A stretch of DNA of 64,000 bases, from NCBI GenBank assembly GCA_951406725.2, contig OX597839.1, forward strand, positions 20,336,001-20,400,000, written 5' to 3'. Position numbers and translations under genes: made by a program. The DNA is from Octopus vulgaris (taxonomy: Eukaryota). Under the pieces are notes generated by a model. The model had not been told where the DNA came from, made no database searches, and worked only from the letters and a program-made list of their open reading frames with translations. This document shows positions 54,154-64,000 of the stretch, one piece after another; position 1 is the first letter of the stretch; every line of letters begins with the position of its first letter.

Positions 54154-54975
54154 GTGGGCATAGATTATCTACTATAACAAAATCTAAAACAGCCTTCACT
54201 TTCCATTTTAATAACTGTAAGACATGACGGAAATCTGAGGAGGACTTTGGTTGCCTTTTCTTGCAGGCCCGAGCGCGTGGCACTCTCGTTAGGTTGTAAC
54301 AAACTTTCTTTCAAGTTTCATGTTTCTTTGATATTACAATGCCCAATAAGCATATTTAGATTAATTCCACATGATATTATACAGCAGATGGTTTAACCTG
54401 TTATAATGTATGTAAACATATTTAAGTCTTGCTGTGCAAAGTTTTTGAGATTAAAACATATCTAAGTTAATGAGAGCCTGTTTACAAGGCAGCAGCAACA
54501 GACTCCCTTGGGTCCTATTAAAGTTTATAAAATGTAATGATTTGGTATGTCGTGAGGGAGATGAAGAAAACACATTTCATATTCAGTCAGGACCCTTATT
54601 TGAGTAAAGAATCCAAAGAATCCGGTGTATATACTTTATGCAAGCCCGTTCAGTGTGTCCTTCGTATTTTGTTCTAAATGTAGGTATGATTTGCGGGATA
54701 TTTGGCTGTTATTCCTAGAAGATTGGGAGTATACAGACTCCGTGATTGCTTCGTTGGTTCTTTTGGATTATACACTTTGAATGGACAATTGTACTTGCAG
54801 GCACAAACATATATGCCAGGTCACTGTTGTCTCCCTTGCAAGCTACGACTCATACCAATTTCTTACTCTTCCGGCCATTACAGCATGCCTTCACCGAAGG
54901 GGGAGGGGGGGGGCGATCTGTCCGACTAAATGTGGCGCTGAATCAAAAAAAAAAAGAAAAGAATATATATATATA

Positions 54976-55389
54976 GGCGCAGGAGTGGCTGTGTGGTAAG
55001 TAGCTTGCTAATCAACCACATGGTTCCGGGTTCAGTCCCACTGCGTGGCATCTTGGGCAAGTGTCTTCTGCTATAGCCTCGGGCCGACCAATGCCTTGTG
55101 AGTGGATTTGGTAGACGGAAACTGAAAGAATCCCGTCGTATATATGTATATATATATGTGTGTGTATGTGTTTGTGTCTGGGTTGTCCCCCTAGCATTGC
55201 TTGACAACCGATGCTGGTGTGCGTTTACGTCCCCGTCACTTAGCGGTTCGGCAAAAGAGACCGATTGAAATAAGTACTGGGCTTACAAAGAATAAGTTCC
55301 GGGATCGAGTTGCTCGATTAAAGGTGGTGCTCCAGCATGGCCGCAGTCAAATGACTGAAACATGTAAAAGAGTAAAAGGGTAAAAGAGT
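54976..55389 (+). mobile_element. SINE family B (subfamily 2)
   Basis: Full match, preceded by (TA)n. Confidence 0.92.
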
Positions 55390-55483
55390 ATATTCAAACC
55401 TACATCTAATACAGAGTGTTCAAAAAGTCTCTCCGCAGTATTTCATCGCAAAATAAGTATTTATACGAAGGTATAAGACTACA

Positions 55484-55874
55484 GTGGAGGCGCAATGGCC
55501 CAGTGGTTAGGGCAGCAGACTCGCGGTCGTAGGATCGCGGTTTCGATTCCCAGACCGGGCGTTGTGAGTGTTTATTGAGCGAAAACACCTAAAGCTCCAC
55601 GATGCTCCGGCAGGGGATGGTGGTGATCCCTACTGTACTCTTTCCCCACAACTTTCTGTCACTCTTTCTTCCTGTTTCTGTTGTACCTGTATTTCAAAGG
55701 GCCGGCCTTGTCGCTCTCTGTGTCACGCTGAATATCCCCAAGAACTACGTTAAGGGTACACGTGTCTGTGGAGTGCTCAGCCACTTGCACGTTAATTTCA
55801 CGAGCAGGCTGTTCCGTTGATCGGATCAACTGGAACCCTCGTCGTCGGAACCGGCGGAGTGCTTCCCAAAAAAA
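55484..55874 (+). mobile_element. SINE family C, full length, tail type 1
   Basis: tRNA head tggcccagtgg/gtttcgattccc, A-tail, and TSD ataagact at 55473 and 55875. Confidence 0.92.
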
Positions 55875-55970
55875 ATAAGACTGCGATAGACTATATTAGA
55901 CTTTATAAGTGGTGTTGAGTGTCATGCTTCATTTTCAATACATAAGTTGACTCTTCTATACGTTTTGAAA

Positions 55971-56610
55971 ACACATTTCATATTCAGTCAGGACCAAAAT
56001 GCAAATATATGGGAAACTACCACCTGTCATCTCTTGTGAAAGGTAGGAGAGTCCAGTTTGCTGGACATTGTTGTAGAGCTGAAAACGAGGCAATTTCTAC
56101 TCTTCTCCTCTGGAAGCCATCTACTCGCAATACCAGAGGACGTACACACTCCTACCCTGATGTAATCTCCAGGGATACAGACATCCAGCAACAGGACCTC
56201 CGTAATGCCATGATGGACCGTGAAGTCTGGCGTAGCATGGTAAATTCCATTGTCTCGACCACGGTCAAACAATGACTCTTCTATACGTTTTGAAAACACA
56301 TTTCATATTCAGTCAGGACCAAAATGCAAATATATGGGAAACTACCACCTGTGTCATCTCTTGTGAAAGGTAGGAGAGTCCATTTTGCTGGACATTGTTG
56401 TAGAGCTGAAAAAGATGTAATTTCTACTCTTCTCCTCTGGAAGCCATCTACTCGCAATACCAGAGGGCGCACACTCTCCTACCCTGATGTAATCTCCAGG
56501 GATACAGGCATCCAGCAACAGGACCTCCGTAATGCCATGATGGACCGTGAAGTCTGGCGTAGCATGGTAAATTCCATTGTCTCGACCACGGTCGAACAAT
56601 GATGATGATG
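55971..56610 (+). mobile_element. RTE-like LINE 3' fragment, tandemly duplicated (~325 bp x2)
   Basis: ORF end RRVQFAGHCCR...LLLWKP...RGR...AMMDREVWR, a (TGA)n tail, and a 13-bp TSD atacgttttgaaa at 55958 and 56611. Confidence 0.88.
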
Positions 56611-56694
56611 ATACGTTTTGAAATACATCTTGACACTTGGAGAGTCAGAATAAAAAAATCACTGCGGAGAGACTTTCTGAACATCTTATACATA

Positions 56695-57080
56695 GACGTG
56701 GCTGTGTGGTAAGTAGCTTGCTTCCCAACCACATGGTTCCGGGTTCAGTCCCACTGCGTGGCTCCTAAGGCAAGTGTCTTCTACTATTGCTTCGGGCTGA
56801 CCAATGCCTTGTGAGTGGATTTGGTAGACGGAAACTGAAAGAAGCCAGTCGTATATATGGGTATGTATATATGTGTGTATCGGTTTGTTTGCCCCACCAA
56901 CATCGCTTGACAACCGATGTTGGTGTGTTTACGTAACAGTAACTTAGCGGGTCGGCAAAAGAGGCCCAATAGAAAAAGTACTAGGCTTACAGAGAAGTCC
57001 TGGGTTCGATTTCTGCGACTAAAGGCGGTGCTCCAGCAAGGCCGCAGTCAAGTGACTGAAACGAGCCAAAAAATAAAAGT
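56695..57080 (+). mobile_element. SINE family B, diverged
   Basis: Head-to-tail match. Confidence 0.88.
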
Positions 57081-58037
57081 ATAAAAAAAAACGTAGATAC
57101 ACACACATGCACACCCAGACCTAATTCTTATATACACTGAGTGGGACGTCCAGGCACACGGGTTCAGGTATATACACCTAAACATATAGCCGTATATACG
57201 CACACATGCGTATATAGCCCTAATATGTATATACATACGGACATAACACACGTATTATGACATACCCCAGTACATAGCCCGTATATGTGCACACACACGG
57301 ACACGCACACATACACACACACACACACGTACACACACACACACGTACACATACACACACACACACTCACATACACACACACGTTGCGCGCATTCCTGTA
57401 GAGCTCGTGGTAATTAGATAAAAAGCTAATATTTTCTTAAGTGTGTGAGAAGACAGAGGTGTTGGTGGTCGAAATGGTGGTGGTGGTGGTGGTGGTGGTG
57501 GTGGTCGACGTCGTCGTCGAGGCGGCGGCGGCGACGGCGATGGTGGTGGTGGTGGTGGTGGCGGTGGTGGTGGTGGTGGTGGTGGTGATGGTGGTGGTGG
57601 TGGTGAGGGCAAGGCCTTGACGGCGACGGAGATGGTAGAGCTGACTGCACGAAAGATGGTCATGATGATGATGATGATTATTGTATTTGTTGTGTCGGTG
57701 GTTATAGATGTGGTTTTAAGCTTGCTTTGGTAGTGGTGGTGGTGGTGGTGGTGGTGGTGGTGGCAGTGACTGTGGTGGTGATAGTAGTGGCCGTGGTGGT
57801 GAGGTTGGTGCTGATGCTGGTGGAGGTGGTATTGGTTGTGGTGGTAGTGGTTACGAAATACTGGGAGAGAGAGAGAGAGAGAGAGACAGCTGGATAGAAA
57901 CACATGTAACTTGTAAAGGTGAAAGAAAGTTCGAAAGAACGACAGACATGGAAAACAAGACGGGACCACTTAAGCATATTCATGCTATATATGTATATAT
58001 GCATACATATATACACACACATATATATACACATACG

Positions 58038-58092
<55 letters not shown>

Positions 58093-58094
<2 letters not shown>

Positions 58095-58313
58095 TCTCTT
58101 TACTCTTTTACTTGTTTCAGTCATTTGACTGCGGCCATGCTGGAACACCGCCTTTAGTCGAGCAACTCGACCCCGGGACTTATTCTTTTGTAAGCCTAGT
58201 ACTTATTCTATCGGTCTCTTTTGCCGAACCGCTAAGTAACGGGGACATAAACACACCAGCATCGGTTGTCAAGCAATGCTAGTGGGACAAACACAGACAC
58301 ACAAACACACACA

Positions 58314-58370
<57 letters not shown>

Positions 58371-58520
58371 GACGGGCTTCTTTCAGTTTCCGTCTACCAA
58401 ATGCACTCACAAGGCTTTGAGAGAGCTATAGTAGAAGACACATGCCCAAGGTGCCACGCAGTGGAATGAACCCGGAACCATGAGGTTGGTAAACAAGCTA
58501 CTTACCACACAGCCACTCCT
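58093..58520 (-). mobile_element. SINE family B (a further 3' fragment lies at 58625-58758)
   Basis: Reverse-complement match, flanked by (TA)n on both sides. Confidence 0.9.
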
Positions 58521-58807
58521 ATATATATATATATATATATATAGAAAATAGTAAAAAGTGAAAAAACTACAGAAGGCTTGTTTTAAAAGGTTAAAAAAAT
58601 ATATATTTGTGTCAATATGTCTCTCTCTTTCTCTCTTTTAGTTTCAGTCATTTGATGTCTGGAGCACCGCCTTTAATCGAGCAACTCGACCCCGGGACTT
58701 ATTCTTTTTATAAGCCCAGTACTTATTCTATCGGTCTCTTTTGCCGAACCGCTAAGTGAAGAATGTCTGAAGAATGTTATAAATTTTTCTTACAATGACA
58801 TATTTAG

Positions 58808-58847
58808 AAGAAATGACCGGTTTCGCGTTCAGCTTTTCAAATTTCTT
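58808..58847 (-). ncRNA. Degenerate minimal hammerhead in the Penelope 3' region
   Basis: Reverse strand reads aagaaat-tTGAAaA-gc(tgaac)gc-GAAA-CCGG-TC-atttctt. Stem I is a perfect 7 bp, and the core differs at two positions from CTGAAGA. Confidence 0.6.
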
Positions 58848-58925
58848 AAATCATTATGTTTACGTTGAGCGGAGATCTAGATAATAAGTGATTTCTTCCT
58901 GTGTAAGGGAGATAATCGCTTAAAA

Positions 58926-61700
58926 TTATTTGCCTTTCTTTTGGATTGAGTTTCTCTGTATAAGTTTGTTGGAATGGTTAAGTTTGGACTTGTATTTTTC
59001 AATGAAGAATGTTTCGTTGTTTAGTCTAATTTGTGTTGGTGTTCCGATAGCACATTCGTAGAATGGAAAGATTAAAAATTGTGGTAGTAGTTGCTTTGCG
59101 CATTTCTGAATGTGCTCACTAAAGGGTATCATTCTGTATTCTGGGAATGCAATCTGTTGTCGATGCAGTGTGCATCTACGTCTGAGTGATAGTCCCGTGT
59201 GTTGTTGTGTTGAACTTTGTTGTGTTAAAGTTTCTATGTTGATTTCTGTTGCACGTCTGATCCCATCCTCTATGAGTTGAGCTGGGTAATGTCTGTCAAT
59301 TAGGGTGTTTTTGAGTTCTTGCAGTCTAAAGTTCCTGGTATTTTGTTCTGACACTATTGTGCATATCCTTCTTGCAAGGTTGAAGGGGATGTTTGTTTTA
59401 GTGTGTCTTGGGTGGCATGAATCAAAAAGAAGGTATTGTTTGGCGTCTGTGGCTTTGTAAAAAATGTCTGTTTCTATTTTAAGGTTAATTTTTTTAATTA
59501 GTATATCCAAGAATGGGAGCTCTTTTTGTTGTATTCCATTGTGAACTGTATATTTGGGTTTATGCTGTTCAATAGGTTTTTAAATTTTAGGAGTTTATCT
59601 GTGTTTTCATTCCAGAGTATAAAACAATCGTCCAGGAATCGTTTCCAATTCTCTTTTATGTATTGAGAGAGGGGGTTTCCAAAGATTGATAAAGATTCCT
59701 GGTAAATGATTATTTCCAGGTAGCCCATTGTTAGGTTCGCAATGACTGGTGCTGCCCTTGTACCCATAGCAATTCCGGATTTTTTACGGTAAAATGTATT
59801 GTCAAACATGAAGTGGTTATTATGTAGGATGAATTCAATTGATTTAGTAATGAATTCTTTACTGATCCTTTTTGGTATTTCTTCCGGAAATTGGTCCAGC
59901 CAGAACTGTATTGCCTCTAGTCCATAATTATGAGGTATACTGGTATATAAGTTAACTACATCAAATGAAACCATGATTGTTTCTTCCTTGGCTTTTTTGG
60001 AAGGTGGTTTAACATATCCTAAGTCATCTCTGATATGGCTATCGATATGTTTAAGGAAGGGTTTCAGGAGGATCTCCATAAATAGACTTAGTCTGTGTGT
60101 TTCACAGGTTGGGCCAGCTACAATGGGTCGTAGTTTTAGGTCCCCCGGGTTAGGTGTGTGTATGTATGTCTTTGGTGATTTTTTAATGGTTTCATTTATA
60201 ATTTGGCTTTTATGAATTTTTGGCAGACCATAGAAGAGGCTAGGTTTGCATTTAAAGTTTGTTAGAAAGTCAATCTCTTTGGTTGTTAGTTCCTTTTCAT
60301 GGGTTTTAATTAGTGAAGATAGAGTTTTCATTATTTTTTGTGGGGTGTAGTGATTTTTTCATAATGTTGGTTGTCATCAAGCAAGGAAATTACAAGATTT
60401 CTATAGTATGATGTATCCATTATTACAACTGCATTTCCCTTGTCTGCTTCCTTAATGGTTATATCTTCATCATTTTGAAGTTCTATCAGTTCCTTCCATT
60501 GTGTAGTGTTAAAATTTGAGTTAACTGTCTGTTTATGTATAGTATGGTAGGGAAAGTTCTTCAATGTGGTTACAGAATTTCAAGATCTTTATTTCTTCCT
60601 CTGTGTGGGATGTGTTCACTTTTGTTCTTGACTAGTGATTCATCTTCAGTATTGAAACTGGTTGATGCTTCTGCTAGTCTTAATTTTCTGCAAAATTCTG
60701 TTATATTATCCTTGATTTCATTTAGGTTGGCTCTGCGTGGAGTTGGTGTAAATTTGAGCCCTTTTGAGAGGATGTCAATTTTTATGTTAGAAAGAGGTTT
60801 GGTTGAAAGATTGATTATCTTTGGTTTTCCTTATTACTAGGTTCCAGCCTGTGTCCTGGTGTCTCTGGTCCCTGGCTAAAAAATGTTGGGTGTAATTTTG
60901 TTTGTATGAGTTGTCTGTGAGGTTGTGTGATGTTGGGTCGGGGGAATGGTGGTATTGTTGCCCCCGATTGTTGTGTGTGTGTGGGAATCTATGGTTGTTT
61001 TTGTTTGTGGTGTGTGTAAAATTTCTGTATGTGAAATATTTTTGTTTCGAACTGCTTGTATGTGGGATGTTGCTTGACATGGTGTTTTTTTTGCGTTTGT
61101 CTTGTGTTCAGTGGGGACCAGTAATTTTGGTTCATGGGGTAGTAGCGACTTGTGTGTGGTGTATTTCTTATTCTAGTGTCGTTTTGTGCTGTATGGTGAT
61201 TGGGTCTGGTATTAGGATATTGTTGGTGTGTTCTGTTTTTGATGTAATTTATTTCATAGACGCGTTGTCTGTCAGCTTGTTCCCTGTTAAGTCTTGCGTG
61301 GTTTGAAAATGTTGGTTGTGGGTGATTTCTGTTTCTAGTGTATGGAGGATAGTTGGGGGTTGTTCGTGGGTTGTTTGGTTTTTCTTTTTTATTTTTTGTA
61401 ATTTTCTTAAGGAAGGGATTATCTGTACCCAATTCATTTTTGAAAGTTGAACTATATCTTTGTAAGAAATCGTTGCTTTTTTCCCAGCGCAGGAGAGAAT
61501 TTCTCTCTTCTTTTTCACAGGTATCTTTCCAATGATCTAATGTATTTTCGAGGGGTTGTCCTTCGGTATGTTTTTGTATTATATTGTGCATCTCCTCGTC
61601 GATGCTTTTACATTTTCCTCATTTGTGGAGGCCCTAAGTTTTAGAAGCTCTATTTCTGATCTTAAATTGAATAGAGCTGACTTTTCCCTAATAGTTCTCT
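58926..61700 (-). pseudogene. Penelope-type reverse transcriptase / GIY-YIG endonuclease pseudogene
   Basis: Motifs LSKGLKFTPTP, IKEADKGNAVVIMD, FYGLPKIHK, LRPIVAGP, SFDVVNLYTSIP, GIAMGT, WKRFLDD and YLLFDSCHP, then the EN tail ETFFIEKYKSKLN. There are several frameshifts, and the GIY/YIG motifs themselves appear deleted. Confidence 0.92.
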
Positions 61701-61759
61701 GTCCGTCAGAAGAAGAAGAAGGAAAACAAGAAGAAGAAGAAGGAAAACAAGAAGAAGAA

Positions 61760-62361
61760 GAAGAAGGAAGCCATGAAGAAAGAGTAATACATGAAGAAGA
61801 AAAGGAAGTGAATGGAAAAGAAAACGAAGATAAGAAACGAAGGGGAGGGGTGTAAGGTAATAAGACACAATCATTTCAAGATTTCACCGGCACAGGGAGG
61901 AATATAGATGCTGCACGGACGACGGACGAACCAAGAACAGCGCAGGAGTGGCTGTGTGGTAAATAGCTTGCTTACCAACTACATGGTTCTGGATTCTGTC
62001 CCACTGCGTGGCACCTTGACCAAGTGTCTTCTACTATAGCCTCGGGCCGACCAAAGCCTTGAGTGGATTTGGTAGACGGAAGCTGAAAGAAGCCTGTCGT
62101 ATATGTGTGTGTGTCTGTGTGTCTGACCGGTTGTCCCCACCACCATTGTTTGACAACTGATATATACATATGTGTGTGTGTGTGTGTGTGTGTATAATGC
62201 TCTTAGCTTAGTTTTTGCATGGGGCTGGCCAGATTGGAGCAATCTCAAGATTAATCAGCCGAAATTGCGAGGATGATCCGGTTCTTGACTGAAGATTAAA
62301 AGCTTCGAATGACCCGTCCGTATTTTTTGTATCGTCTTCTGGATGTTTTGCGTTCTTGTCC

Positions 62362-62460
<99 letters not shown>

Positions 62461-63265
62461 TGTGTGTCTGTGTCTGTGTGTGTGTGTCTGTGTGCGTGTG
62501 TGTGTGTGTGTGGGTGTATGTATGTATGTATATATATAACATAGGACAAGAACGCAAAACATCCAGACAGTTAGATGATACAAAAACGGAACAACAAGAC
62601 ATCCAGATTGACAATACAAATAAAACAAGGACGAGTCATTCGGAACTTTCTTTCCTCAGTCGAGTTCCAAATTATTTTTACAATTTCTGTTGGTCAAACT
62701 CGAGATTGCTCCAATCTGGCCAGCCCCAAGGAAAAACTAAGCTAAGAGCATTCGATTCCTTGGAAGAAAGCAGCGAATATATACGAAAACAAGGACGGGC
62801 AAAAAACGGAGAATGTTACACAAATACAAATAACAGGACATAACAACAGGTGTCTTTCGACTAAGGACGAATTAAATCAAGCTGGCGTGTGTGGAAATAT
62901 AGCCTTACGGCAGGGATACAAGATTTCACCGACACAGGGAGGAATATAGATGCTGCACGGACGATGGCCGAACAAAGAACAGCGCAGGAGTGGCTGTGTG
63001 GTAAATAGCTTGCTTACCAACTACATGGTTCTGGATTCTGTCCCACTGCGTGGCACTTGACCAAGTGTCTTCTACTATAGCCTCGGGCCGACCAAAGCTT
63101 TGAGTGGATTTGGTAGGTAGACGGAAGCTGAAAGAAGCCCATCGTATATGTGTGTGTGTGTGTGTCTGTGTGTCTGACCGGTTGTCCCCACCACCATTGT
63201 TTGACAACTGATATTGATGAATTTACTTCACGTAACTTAGCAGTTCGGCAAAAGAGACCGATAGA

Positions 63266-63339
<74 letters not shown>

Positions 63340-63557
63340 AAAGAAAGAGAGCGAGAGAGATAGAGAGATAGATAGAGAGATAGAGAGAGAGAGAGAGAAA
63401 GAGAGAGATAAAGAGAGAGGGAGAGAAAGAGAGAGAGAGTTAGATAGATAGATAAATAGATAGATAAATCGATAGGAAAACACATCATTGGAGGTTTGTG
63501 TCTCATACATACACTTAGAAACACAATTGCACATACATATTCAAAAGTGCATGTATA

Positions 63558-63588
<31 letters not shown>

Positions 63589-63870
63589 GCCAACATAAAC
63601 AGATTCAAACACGCGCACTCACAACAGCAGCATCGAATGCAAACACAGATATATAACCTTACATTAAATACTCAAAGTATATTTCCTTTATTTCCGGGGG
63701 AAAACATCCGAAGTTTCGATCCGCCATTTTATGCAAAAAGATCAACGATTGTGTCTTATTACCTTACACCCCTCCCCTCCTTTTCTTATCTTCGTTTTCT
63801 TTTCCATTAACTTCCTTTTCTTCTTCATGTATTACTCTTTCTTCGTGGTTTATTTCTTCTTCTTCTTCTT
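61760..63870. repeat. Complex inverted/direct repeat cassette with two SINE B halves
   Basis: Inverted arms at 61760-61872 and 63748-63860. Direct copies at 61876-62162 and 62918-63213. Inner inverted pair at 62197-62360 and 62547-62752. Confidence 0.85.
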
Positions 63871-63941
63871 CTTCTTCTTCTTCTTCTTCTTCTTCTTCTT
63901 CTTCTTCTTCTTCTTCTTCTTCTTCTTCTTCTTCTTCTCCT

Positions 63942-63973
<32 letters not shown>

Positions 63974-64000
63974 TTCTTTTACTTCTTCTTCTTTCTTTCT

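Larger units (their letters stand above)
55412..56688. mobile_element. Tc1/mariner-type MITE hosting nested SINE C and LINE insertions
   Basis: TIRs TA|cagagtgttcaaaaagtctctccgcagt and actgcggagagactttctgaacatctta|TA. Confidence 0.8.
58759..61705 (-). mobile_element. Penelope-like retroelement, 5'-truncated and decayed
   Basis: RT pseudogene, GIY-YIG C-terminal remnant, and a 3' non-coding region with a degenerate hammerhead. Confidence 0.92.

Noticed and set aside
55484-55560. tRNA genes (also at 26323, 39700-39770, 40310-40383 and 53840-53913)
   Set aside because: A and B boxes are present but there is no closed acceptor stem. Each continues into a SINE body, some with a TSD.
62290-62320. 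Possible hammerhead (ctgaaga…cgaatgac; inverted copy ctgagga…cgaatgac near 62635-62662)
   Set aside because: It lacks GAAA and a consistent stem II and stem I, so the resemblance is too weak.

Overview
This is repeat-saturated, AT-rich eukaryotic DNA, either intergenic or intronic. I infer an octopus or other coleoid cephalopod from the extreme (TA)/(CA)/(GATA)/(GA)/trinucleotide microsatellite load and the character of the SINE families; this was not checked against a database. I can support no host protein-coding gene, and almost all ORF-track entries are translated microsatellites or SINE bodies. Retroelements present are several tRNA-headed SINE families (one of which forms head-to-tail arrays with a fixed junction), a decayed Penelope-like element, an RTE-like LINE 3' fragment, and a gag/ORF1-only element. 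DNA elements present are a decayed DD36E Tc1-like transposon, an internally deleted mariner, several MITEs and a Helitron-like insertion. There is also a 100-N assembly gap. The most notable signal is a set of small non-coding repeats carrying minimal type I hammerhead-ribozyme motifs. They comprise a tandem element with a tRNA promoter plus hammerhead (53681-54153), a two-copy ~180 bp element with a variant hammerhead core (19168 and 50066), and a decayed hammerhead in the Penelope 3' region. Together these suggest a Penelope-dependent ribozyme-SINE ('retrozyme') system.
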